Source: an uncultured Clostridia bacterium
GTDB lineage: Bacteria > Bacillota > Clostridia > TANB77 > CAG-508
Assembly (NCBI GenBank): GCA_934130355.1
Contig: CAKOXV010000006.1
Coordinates: 8,541-72,540, forward strand
Direction of reading: 5' to 3'
Length of the DNA: 64,000 nt
Both the position numbers and the translations under genes were made by a program. Positions within the stretch are counted from its first letter, which is position 1; the number at the start of each line of letters is the position of its first letter. The notes under the pieces are model-generated. The model worked only from the letters and a program-made list of their open reading frames with translations, was not told the origin of the DNA and did not search any database. Of this stretch, positions 39,695-48,018 are shown one piece after another.

Positions 39695-40043
39695 AAGAGG
39701 GCAAGAGTAGTTGGCAGATAACATCACACAGCTTATCTAATAAAATGAATGAAAGATTTTGTGTATCTAAACTTAACATTAGAAAATCTTATATAATAAT
39801 ATGAGGGATGTTCACGGGGGAAAAGTTAATATATAACTATTCCATAGCAAAAACATAGCTGGGGTCTTCGTCGGGGGTCTTTGCTTTATTTCATAGTTAT
39901 ATATTAACTTTTTCAGCCTGAGTGAAAGAGGCTCATATTATTAAATTAGATTTTCTTTGGGAAGTTTAGCTTATTCAAAATCTGTAATGACATTTTATTA
40001 GATAAGCTGTGTGATGTTATCTGCCAACCACTGTTGCCCTCTT
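39695..40043 (-). repeat. nested palindromic intergenic element, copy E (inverted orientation, diverged frame, ~52-bp unique outer arms)
   Basis: Outer arms AAGAGGGCAAGAGTAGTTGGCAGATAACATCACACAGCTTATCTAATAAAATG and its near-perfect inverse. The inner module 39828-39915 is the reverse complement of the copy A module (GGGGTCTTCGTCGGGGGTC loop). Confidence 0.85.
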
Positions 40044-40057
40044 TTTGCACTCACTAT

Positions 40058-40417
40058 TTAGTAATTAGGTAACCCTGAATAATATCTATTATTCATATAC
40101 ATTTGGTTTCCCATCATTCCTAAAGGATTACTTGCAGCTATAGTTACAAATTTTATTGAATATATATCACAATAAACAAGATTATCGCTTTCAATAGAAC
40201 GCAACAAAATGTAACTTGCTCCAACGTCCTCTAAAATTCCTGTTCTATCAGTTAAATTATTAGTTCCTATCAAAAATTCAACTCTTACTAATTTTCCTAT
40301 TTGTTCTCTTAAAAATGCTGGTGTATAAATTGAATTTGTTAGGATTTCTGGTGAATTTTGATTAATAGTAACATTTCTATCTTCTCTTTTGTCTTGTTTT
40401 TCTTCCACATTAGGCAT
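40058..40417 (-). CDS. gerQ: spore coat protein GerQ-like
   Basis: 119 aa. C-terminal KLVRVEFLIGTNNLTDRTGILEDVGASYILL...VYCDIYSIKFV resembles GerQ/YwdL. Located immediately downstream of a CwlJ-like hydrolase. Confidence 0.6.
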   Translation of the reverse strand: MPNVEEKQDKREDRNVTINQNSPEILTNSIYTPAFLREQIGKLVRVEFLIGTNNLTDRTGILEDVGASYILLRSIESDNLVYCDIYSIKFVTIAASNPLGMMGNQMYMNNRYYSGLPNY

Positions 40418-40436
40418 TTATCTCACTTTCCTTTCA

Positions 40437-40892
40437 TTAGGTTTGTGCATATTTATCAGTAGGTCTGTAAAAGCAATGTCCTCCAAGTCTTGTATGAAAA
40501 GTTCCTGATCCATTTGATGGAAAAGTTGAACTACAATTAGGTCTAAATGGATTTAAATACCATAAGCATTCACCAATTTCATTTAATCTGTTTCCTGATA
40601 ATGCCCAGTCTGCAATTTCATAATGAATTTCAGTTGGATTCATATTATATATATTTTGTGAATTATATCTTCCTGCTATGTTTTCTCGTGCACAATCAAA
40701 CTGTCCTTGTTGAAATATGATATTTCTTATGTTTCCTCCTTGTGAAATCCTTGCGTACTCTCCTTCTGAAACATTAACTCTATTCATTACTACAGACGCA
40801 ACTGCTCTCATTCCATTGTCTCCCTCTCCACCAGCTTCACATTGGACTATTCTTGCTAATAATTCTCTTTCTGAATATGCCACATCATCCAC
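40437..40892 (-). CDS. cwlJ: spore cortex-lytic / cell wall hydrolase, CwlJ/SleB (Hydrolase_2) family
   Basis: 151 aa with LLARIVQCEAGGEG..GMRAVASVVMNRV and QQGQFDC motifs. Confidence 0.8.
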   Translation of the reverse strand: MDDVAYSERELLARIVQCEAGGEGDNGMRAVASVVMNRVNVSEGEYARISQGGNIRNIIFQQGQFDCARENIAGRYNSQNIYNMNPTEIHYEIADWALSGNRLNEIGECLWYLNPFRPNCSSTFPSNGSGTFHTRLGGHCFYRPTDKYAQT

Positions 40893-41023
40893 CCCTTCTT
40901 CTATTTTATGCAGTTAAGCAAAAAAATGTACTCTTACTTATGCTATTATATTTTTATTTTGTCAAAAGTTGTCTACTTTTGTTTTTTAGTGCGATGAAAA
41001 ATTCAATTTGTGTATTTTATTTA

Positions 41024-41052
41024 TTGAATAGCGCTTTCTAAGTTGGTATAAT
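41024..41052 (+). promoter_or_regulatory. sigmaA-type promoter (extended -10) of the 160-aa orphan ORF
   Basis: TTGAAT (41024-41029), 17 nt spacer, TATAAT (41047-41052). The -10 is preceded by TGG. Confidence 0.45.
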
Positions 41053-41130
41053 ATTTTTATTCTATATTTCAAACTCCTTTGCATCATGAGTTGACAATTA
41101 TAGAAAATAATTTTTTTGGAGTGATAAGAA

Positions 41131-41613
41131 ATGAGCAAACAAGTTCGGTTGGAGCTTCCATTGTATCATGAAGACAAACCCATTTCAAAAATGTGGCTAA
41201 GCATTAATGGCACCAATGTAACTGCTTATACCAATGAAAATCAAGAAATTAACATTCTTGACTCAGATCAAAAATCCTGTATCAAAGTATGTGTTCCTGA
41301 TGAAACGAAAAAAATCCGGGTTTTTCGCCCAGTTTCGTTCATGCCTGTAGATTACATATCTGCCACTTGGTTTTGGTTTGATTCACAATGTGAATTGAGA
41401 TTTCCAAAACTGAAAAAACTTTCTGTCGTCTTTGATGACACAGTCCATGATATTCCCGTCGATAACGGAACCCCTGATAGAACAGATTGGGTCTATTACA
41501 CTGAAGTCAGTTCTGAAGGTAATCGTTTACGTTCGAAGAAGTGGGCTTTAATCATTGCAACACTGGAAGATAAAACAGTTGGCATTTTGTATTTGTCTGA
41601 TTCAATCGAATAA
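41131..41613 (+). CDS. hypothetical protein, 160 aa, compositionally foreign (G+C-richer than flanks)
   Basis: ORF MSKQVRLELPLYHEDKPISKMW... with RBS GGAGTG upstream and a GC-rich terminator downstream. It lies on the strand opposite its neighbours. I recognise no family motif. Confidence 0.55.
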   Translation: MSKQVRLELPLYHEDKPISKMWLSINGTNVTAYTNENQEINILDSDQKSCIKVCVPDETKKIRVFRPVSFMPVDYISATWFWFDSQCELRFPKLKKLSVVFDDTVHDIPVDNGTPDRTDWVYYTEVSSEGNRLRSKKWALIIATLEDKTVGILYLSDSIE

Positions 41614-41623
41614 GTAAGCTAAA

Positions 41624-41662
41624 CAAGGCGGATATACATTTGTAAATCCGCCTTGCTATTTT
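41624..41662 (+). terminator. rho-independent terminator of the 160-aa ORF
   Basis: CAAGGCGGAT-N12-ATCCGCCTTG followed by CTATTTT. Confidence 0.65.
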
Positions 41663-41669
41663 CCTATTT

Positions 41670-42329
41670 CTATATTCTTGCTATTAATGCTTTAATTTTT
41701 ATTCCTTGCTCAGTAAACATTTTTTCATGTTCTGTTTCAATATTGTTTTCCCATATTGGTTCTGAATGTAAATCATAAGTTTTTTTAATAATCTCAAAGC
41801 CACATTCTTCGAAATATCCTAAACTACCTTCAAATAATTCATCATCATCTGTTTTAAAATAAATTTCCCCATGTTCTGCTAAAAAAGTTTTATACTTTTC
41901 TAATTGTCTTGTATGTGTCAATCTCTTTTTTCTGTGTTTTCCTTTTGGCCATGGATTGCAAAAATTTATATATATTCTTTGGATATTATCTTGCTCTCCT
42001 AAAATTAGCATAATTCTCTCTATATCAAATCTAGTTAAAATAATATTGTCTATTTCCTTGTTTTGCTCTTCATATGCTTGTTCAACATTTCTTTTGGCAA
42101 GTCCAAGCATTGCATCAACTAAATCAATTGCAATATAATTAATATTAGGATTTTGAACCGCCAATTTTGAAATGAACTGTCCTTTTCCACAACCTAATTC
42201 TAAGTGTATGGGATTTTCCTTATTTTTAAATTCTTGTATCCACTTGTTTTTTAATTCTTCTGGATTATCTCTATAAAACTTACTTGCTTCTAATTCCGGT
42301 CTTGCCCATGTTTTAAATCTAATTCTCAT
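41670..42329 (-). CDS. trmB: tRNA (guanine-N7)-methyltransferase
   Basis: 219 aa with [27 protein letters not shown] and RLTH motifs. Confidence 0.85.
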   Translation of the reverse strand: MRIRFKTWARPELEASKFYRDNPEELKNKWIQEFKNKENPIHLELGCGKGQFISKLAVQNPNINYIAIDLVDAMLGLAKRNVEQAYEEQNKEIDNIILTRFDIERIMLILGEQDNIQRIYINFCNPWPKGKHRKKRLTHTRQLEKYKTFLAEHGEIYFKTDDDELFEGSLGYFEECGFEIIKKTYDLHSEPIWENNIETEHEKMFTEQGIKIKALIARI

Positions 42330-42873
42330 CTAAATTCTCCATTCTAATACAGTATTTTTCATATAATTTTTTTATATTTTGCTTTGTTAAAGTTTTATCT
42401 AAACCATTCTCACTAACTTCTGTGAATATTGCTATCATAAATTTATCCATTTGTGGATGAATTAAATTTTTTTTTTCTTTATTCATATAATAATCTAATT
42501 GTGTACGATTTGTCCACTTTTCTCCATTGTACACTATTCCTGCAGCAATTTCATCACATATCATTTCTGCTGCATACTTATATGGCATTATTACTGTTTT
42601 TTCAGGCAATGATAAATCTGTCCAATATTGATAATGATGTTTATTTCTTCCTTTATGGTGTAACCATGCTTCTGAATATCCTTTTTCTCTTTTACATACT
42701 GTTATCGGACTTATATGACCATCATAATATTTAACACTTTCCCAAAATTCAGTTGGTGAAAATTTGGACCAATCATGCATAAATCCTCTCCAAGGTATTC
42801 CTACTTTACAACATAATTTAAATACTACCCATTTATGTGTCATTACTAGTTTTATATGTTTTAATATTTTCAT
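42319..42873 (-). CDS. hypothetical protein (DUF5662-like)
   Basis: 184-aa ORF overlapping the trmB start by 11 nt (operon). HDWSKF...[15 protein letters not shown] His-rich motifs. The family name is recalled from memory only. Confidence 0.5.
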   Translation of the reverse strand: MKILKHIKLVMTHKWVVFKLCCKVGIPWRGFMHDWSKFSPTEFWESVKYYDGHISPITVCKREKGYSEAWLHHKGRNKHHYQYWTDLSLPEKTVIMPYKYAAEMICDEIAAGIVYNGEKWTNRTQLDYYMNKEKKNLIHPQMDKFMIAIFTEVSENGLDKTLTKQNIKKLYEKYCIRMENLDEN

Positions 42874-42886
42874 TTTTTCTCCTAAC

Positions 42887-42915
42887 TTGACTATTTTCTG
42901 ATAAAATTGTATAAT
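42887..42915 (+). promoter_or_regulatory. sigmaA-type promoter of the rluA-family gene
   Basis: TTGACT (42887-42892), 17 nt spacer, TATAAT (42910-42915). Confidence 0.5.
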
Positions 42916-42951
42916 TTTTTAGTAAAAATGTCAATCATTAGAGGTAGTTTT

Positions 42952-43843
42952 ATGTTTTTAAAATATATTGTAAAAAATAATAAATATCAAAATATAGACC
43001 AAGTTTTAAAACAGGAATTTAGAATTTCTGCCAGATTACTACACAAACTTATTGTTCAAAAACATGTTTTATTAAATAATTGTATTTCAGACACAAGACA
43101 TCTTATTATTGAACGGGGATGTTATTACTGTTAATTTAGATTTTGAAGAAGAAAGTGATAATATTGTTCCAACTAAAATGGATTTAAATATTATTTATGA
43201 AGATGAAGCATTATTAATTTTGAACAAACCGTCAGAAATAGCTGTTCATCCTTCTATTTCACATTATGAAGACAGTCTTTCAAATGGTGTAAAATTTTAT
43301 TTTGAACAGTGTAATCTAAAACGTAAAATTCGTCCTGTTAACAGACTTGATTTTAATACATCTGGTTTAATTATTTTTGCTAAAAGCGAATATGTCCAAG
43401 AATCTTTGATTAAACAAATGAATGAACACACTTTTCAAAAGGAATATATTGCAATTGTTTCTGGTTCTTTCAGTAAAACCTCTGGAACCATTGATTTACC
43501 TATTGCACGCAAAAATAATAGTATTATAGAAAGATGTGTTTCTCCTGATGGACAAAAAGCTATTACAGAGTATTGTGTTTTAAAAACTTCTAACAATTAT
43601 TCTGTTGTAAAGTGCTCTTTAAAAACAGGTCGTACCCATCAAATTCGTGTTCACATGTCTGCTATTGGGCATCCTTTACTTGGAGATACATTATATGGAG
43701 TTTCTTCTCCATTAATAAATAGACAAGCATTACATAGTTACAAAATTTGTTTTACTCATCCAATTTCAAATCAGGCCTTAGAATTTATTTGTGATTTACC
43801 ACAAGATATGAAAAAATTAGAACCAGATATATCTCTGCAATAA
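42952..43843 (+). pseudogene. RluA-family (RluD-like) pseudouridine synthase interrupted by a +1 frameshift between the S4-like and catalytic domains
   Basis: Frame 1 (ATG 42952 with RBS GAGGT) encodes an S4-like N-terminus ...ISARLLHKLIVQKHVLLNNCISDTRHLI and stops at 43134. The next frame, from about 43106, continues as LLNGDVITVNLDF... into the catalytic domain. Confidence 0.6.
43109..43843 (+). CDS. RluA-family pseudouridine synthase, catalytic domain ORF (TTG start as given in the track)
   Basis: 244 aa with HPSISHYEDSL, RPVNRLDFNTSGLIIFAK, GRTHQIRVHM and HS motifs. Confidence 0.75.
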   Translation: MNGDVITVNLDFEEESDNIVPTKMDLNIIYEDEALLILNKPSEIAVHPSISHYEDSLSNGVKFYFEQCNLKRKIRPVNRLDFNTSGLIIFAKSEYVQESLIKQMNEHTFQKEYIAIVSGSFSKTSGTIDLPIARKNNSIIERCVSPDGQKAITEYCVLKTSNNYSVVKCSLKTGRTHQIRVHMSAIGHPLLGDTLYGVSSPLINRQALHSYKICFTHPISNQALEFICDLPQDMKKLEPDISLQ

Positions 43844-43866
43844 AGCAACATATATCTAGTTCTATT

Positions 43867-45750
43867 TTAGTGTTTAGCGTCCGCCACCGCCGCCTCCGGC
43901 CACCGGCCACCGCCTCCTCCGCCAGAGAAGCCACCACCTGCTCCGCTTCCTGATGAAGCTACTGCAGAATATACTGAATTATTTATGCAATCCCCTATAT
44001 TTACTGAGTCCATTATATGTATATATGAAGATGCATACATTGGTGAATTAATATCTGTAATTTCTGGATAGATCACCTTTAGTTGTTTTAATACTTTTTC
44101 TGAAATTCCAAATGATGTTGCAAACACTAAGTATTTTTCCCATAAAGCTAATGCTGGTACTTCCTTGTCTTTTAGCAATGAAAAGTCTTCCATATATTTT
44201 TTAAATGCTTCCCATTGTGTTTTTTCATCTATACCTTTTTGTGAAAAAACATTAACTCTAGCTGCCATCATTCCTAATATTATTGCATTTATAATTAATG
44301 TAATCATCAATCCAATTGGTATTAGTACTAATGATGCATTCATCTCTACAAAAAATATCAAAAGTGGAAGTGAGAAAAATGTCAATGCAACATACAGTAT
44401 TGAAATACCTGAATATTTATTCATTTTATTAAAGTTTTCTTTATCATAATTTCCTTTTTGTATTTCTTCTTTTTCTATTATTTTTTCAAGTTTTTGGTTT
44501 AGTTTATCTATTTTAGATACATTTTTATTTAAATATTTTGTTATATCTTTTGTTGTTAATTCTTTTCCTTCTCCAGCTACATCTTGTAAAAATTCTAATG
44601 TAAGTTTTTCATCTTCTTTCAATCCTGAACTATCTTTATCAAGTATTGTAATTTTTACAAGATTTGATTTTAGTTTTTTTCCTTCTTCAACAGTTTCTAA
44701 AGACACATATTTATTCAAACATAAATCAAGAATATTGGCTGAAAAACTTGAAGAAAATGATTTATTTATTCCTCCTGACATTACAAATAAAGCTTCAGCT
44801 GGTGTAGCACCTTCATATGGTATTTCTCTAAAATATTCTAATTCTGTTGATGGCTTATATTTCTTTTCCATATTACGTAATTTTAATATATTTCTATATA
44901 TTTTATATACAAAAAATACTATTCCAAGTACTGTAATTCCAGCAATACAATATACCATATTTTTTTGTCTTTGTCTTCTTGCATTTGCTTCATTTGCCCA
45001 TTTTGTTTCTTCTTCTAAGACACTATTCAAAACATTATAATTATATTGTCTACCTGTTGAGTTTATCATATTACTTGGAAACAAACTTCTAACTTCTACA
45101 TAAGTTCCACTTGAGAATTTATTTACTTCAAATTCAATTTTGTCTAGATCAGTTACATAAATTTCTCCATTTAAATATTTAGTATGTCCCCATACCATAA
45201 TATCTTCTTCACTTTCTGCTTTATATGGTAATTTTATTGTTCCTTTTACTTTTTCAGCACTTACTTCAAAATCTTCTCCAATGAATTGCCAATAAAGTTC
45301 TGAATAATCATCATATTTAGCTATTGCATCAATTACCTTATATGATATTTGGTATTGTCTTATGCCTGAATCGTCGTCCATCCCAACTCCCCACGCAATT
45401 TCATACATTCCATTTGAATTGTCTAATGCATAATAACAATCTTTTGTTACATGATACATCTCTTGATATATTTGAGTAAAAGTTTTATTAGTTCCATCTG
45501 TTATCTCAGTAACTTCTACATCTGTTATTCCAGAATATTTCGTGTCATCTTTTGGAAATGTTTTAAATAATGTGTTTGTTTCTGAAATAGAAATATTCCA
45601 TGTTTCAGTAACATTCATACTTCCATCTTCATTTATTTGTGCATCAAAATCTAGTTGATTTAATTCTAATGTTGCCTCTGCTTTTATACTACTGAATAAT
45701 ATTAAAACAAAAGCAAAAATAAATGTTAAAAATATTTTTTTATTTTTCAT
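43867..45750 (-). CDS. DUF2207 domain-containing membrane protein with Gly-rich C-terminal tail
   Basis: 627 aa. Signal/TM helix, large extracellular domain, TM helices, and a C-terminal SGSGAGGGFSGGGGGG tail. Confidence 0.7.
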   Translation of the reverse strand: MKNKKIFLTFIFAFVLILFSSIKAEATLELNQLDFDAQINEDGSMNVTETWNISISETNTLFKTFPKDDTKYSGITDVEVTEITDGTNKTFTQIYQEMYHVTKDCYYALDNSNGMYEIAWGVGMDDDSGIRQYQISYKVIDAIAKYDDYSELYWQFIGEDFEVSAEKVKGTIKLPYKAESEEDIMVWGHTKYLNGEIYVTDLDKIEFEVNKFSSGTYVEVRSLFPSNMINSTGRQYNYNVLNSVLEEETKWANEANARRQRQKNMVYCIAGITVLGIVFFVYKIYRNILKLRNMEKKYKPSTELEYFREIPYEGATPAEALFVMSGGINKSFSSSFSANILDLCLNKYVSLETVEEGKKLKSNLVKITILDKDSSGLKEDEKLTLEFLQDVAGEGKELTTKDITKYLNKNVSKIDKLNQKLEKIIEKEEIQKGNYDKENFNKMNKYSGISILYVALTFFSLPLLIFFVEMNASLVLIPIGLMITLIINAIILGMMAARVNVFSQKGIDEKTQWEAFKKYMEDFSLLKDKEVPALALWEKYLVFATSFGISEKVLKQLKVIYPEITDINSPMYASSYIHIMDSVNIGDCINNSVYSAVASSGSGAGGGFSGGGGGGRWPEAAVADAKH

Positions 45751-45811
45751 TTTTACCCTCCTATTTCTGTAAAAATTCTATCATACTATTTATTTATTTT
45801 CAATAGAAAAA

Positions 45812-45848
45812 AGACTGAACTAAAGAATTCAGTCTATTTTTTTATTTT
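45812..45848 (-). terminator. terminator downstream of RNase P RNA (bidirectional hairpin)
   Basis: AGACTGAA-N8-TTCAGTCT, flanked by A-runs on one side and T-runs on the other. Confidence 0.55.
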
Positions 45849-45852
45849 GTTT

Positions 45853-46201
45853 TATAAGTGAACCTGTAAGCCGGGTTCTGTCATCAAAAATAGTCATTTA
45901 TCTAGGACATATATCACTATATGTCTCAAGCCACGCAATTCAGAAGCGCCGAGCAGACGTTATCCTTCTACTTAGGTGTTGCTCCAGATGGGGTTTACAC
46001 TGACCCAGTATGTCACCATACCAGCGGTGAGCTCTTACCTCGCCTTTTCATCCTTACCTCCATAAGAGGCGGTTATTTTCTGTTGCACTTTCCTTAAGGT
46101 TTCCCTCACTAGACGTTATCTAGCATCTTTGCTCTATGGAGCCCGGACTTTCCTCTCGTAATTCCTTTCGAAATTTACCAGCGACTATTTAATTCACTTG
46201 G
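45853..46201 (-). ncRNA. rnpB: RNase P RNA
   Basis: Minus strand contains GAGGAAAGTCCGGGCTCCATAGAGCA, GGAAAGTGCAACAGAAAA and ACAGAACCCGGCTTACAGG. 5' AAGTGAA pairs with 3' TTCACTT (P1). Confidence 0.9.
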
Positions 46202-46238
46202 CATTTATTATAACATTTTTTTGTCTAATTGTAAATAT

Positions 46239-46826
46239 TTATTTAGTCATAATGTGAATGTTTTCAATTTTTGCATCTAACTCTCTAGAAATAATGTTTT
46301 GAATTTGTGCTATTTCATCTGTTTTGAGTTCTTTTGCTTCAATTATAACACTGATGCTTTCTGAATTTACAAAAATAACACAATTAGTAAATCCTTTTGT
46401 TGAAAGCAAATTTTCACATATTAATATTGCATTTTTTTCTTTATTTAATTTTGATATTTCTTGTGTTACTATTGTCTTTTGTTCTTCTGATACATTTGAA
46501 TTATTTAAAATTCCTTGATATGTTTCTAATGTTTGTGAATACATTGTATCTCTAGAAAGCTTTGCTTCTTGAAAATAGTCATCCTTTTTTGTCTCTACTG
46601 TAGTTGTTACTTCATTATTATTCACAAGCCTAGCATCTCCGAGTGTTTCATCACTTCTATCTTGTTCATCAGTTTCATTTTGTTTTTCTGTATCATTCTG
46701 TCCCATGCTAACAGTTTCCAATGTTTTTGATTCATTTGATATGTAATTCCAATATCCTGCTGTTACTAGCATTAATGCTAAAACATAAACTATAACAGAA
46801 CCTTTTTTTATTTTCAATCTCTTCAC
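46239..46826 (-). CDS. spoIIIAH: stage III sporulation protein AH
   Basis: 195 aa with an N-terminal TM helix and a YscJ/FliF-like C-terminal domain. Last gene of the spoIIIA operon by position. Confidence 0.8.
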   Translation of the reverse strand: MKRLKIKKGSVIVYVLALMLVTAGYWNYISNESKTLETVSMGQNDTEKQNETDEQDRSDETLGDARLVNNNEVTTTVETKKDDYFQEAKLSRDTMYSQTLETYQGILNNSNVSEEQKTIVTQEISKLNKEKNAILICENLLSTKGFTNCVIFVNSESISVIIEAKELKTDEIAQIQNIISRELDAKIENIHIMTK

Positions 46827-46830
46827 CTCC

Positions 46831-47421
46831 TTATTTTGAGTTCATTTCAAAAACTTGAATTTTATGTACTGCTAATCCTGTAACAGCTTCTACTGCACTT
46901 ACAATAGATGCTTTAACATTAGCATTTCCGGCTCCTTTCGCTGTCACAATTGCACCTTCTATTACAGGCATAATTACTTTTTCTGTAATTGGCTTATTTT
47001 CTCCATTTTCATCAGTGTATGCAATTTCTTTTTTATTTTCTGTTTCCTTTACATCTTTGCTTACACCATCTTTGTCATTTTCTTTTGTTGTACTTTCTGA
47101 AACAGTTTCATTATACATTGCAACAACAGTACTACTTTCAGAATATTTAATTAAAACTTTTACTTTTCCAACCCCATTAATACTTGATAAAATATCTTCA
47201 AGTCTTTCTTCTAAATTATCTTGTTTGTCTGAAGAAGTTGTTTGTGCAAGCACTTTTGAAGAATCTAATGAATTGTTGTTTTTTTCCTTTTTATCACCTG
47301 TCCACATATTGTTTATTATCAATACTGTTACTATTAATATTATAATAAACACAACAATATTCTCAATTTGTTTCTTTTTATCTTTTCCTTCTTCACTCTT
47401 TTTAAAAATTTCCTTTAACAT
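46831..47421 (-). CDS. spoIIIAG: stage III sporulation protein AG
   Basis: 196 aa. TM helix, then GVGKVKVLIKY...VIEGAIVTAKGAGNANVK, typical of SpoIIIAG. Confidence 0.8.
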   Translation of the reverse strand: MLKEIFKKSEEGKDKKKQIENIVVFIIILIVTVLIINNMWTGDKKEKNNNSLDSSKVLAQTTSSDKQDNLEERLEDILSSINGVGKVKVLIKYSESSTVVAMYNETVSESTTKENDKDGVSKDVKETENKKEIAYTDENGENKPITEKVIMPVIEGAIVTAKGAGNANVKASIVSAVEAVTGLAVHKIQVFEMNSK

Positions 47422-47433
47422 ATTGCCTCCATA

Positions 47434-47925
47434 TTATTTTATTATTATTTTGCTTTCTTCAATTTCAAAATCTGCTGCAAGTTCTTTTCTTACTTGTATA
47501 AGTGAATTTTCATTATTAGCTGGTTTAATTTTAACTGTTATAGAATGAATTCCTGCATTTTTCTTAGTCGTATCTAGAACTGCATTAATATCACATTTCA
47601 CCACCTCAAAACCATTATCTTTGAATTTTGCTATTACCGTATTTTCTAATTCTTTTAAATATATTTTTTCTAGTCTTTGATCCATAGATGTTTGATCTAA
47701 TTCATAACTTGTTTTAGTTTCATAATTTTCTATATTATATTTTTCAATTGAAAAAAGTTCTTTGTTTTTTATGACTGGTGAAATTATGTTAAATAATATA
47801 TATATTCCAACCACCATAAGTATGTATTTTTTATTTTTATTTTGAGGTAATATTAATTCTATAATTGTTGCTATAATTACTGCTAGTACTATTTGTTCAG
47901 CCCATGAACTTATAAAATTTATCAT
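47434..47925 (-). CDS. spoIIIAF: stage III sporulation protein AF
   Basis: 163 aa, two N-terminal TM helices, operon position. Confidence 0.8.
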   Translation of the reverse strand: MINFISSWAEQIVLAVIIATIIELILPQNKNKKYILMVVGIYILFNIISPVIKNKELFSIEKYNIENYETKTSYELDQTSMDQRLEKIYLKELENTVIAKFKDNGFEVVKCDINAVLDTTKKNAGIHSITVKIKPANNENSLIQVRKELAADFEIEESKIIIK

Positions 47926-48018
47926 CTATACATCATCCCACTATTTGATATTTTTATCACCATTGTTACTCCTATAATAAGTAACACTGATAAACTACAC
48001 AAAATTGCAAAAAGCAAT

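Noticed and set aside
40893-41130. 62-aa ORF (40853-41041) and possible regulatory RNA in the cwlJ upstream region.
   Set aside because: The ORF product is low-complexity with no RBS. The region is better explained as divergent promoters for the cwlJ-like gene and the 160-aa orphan.
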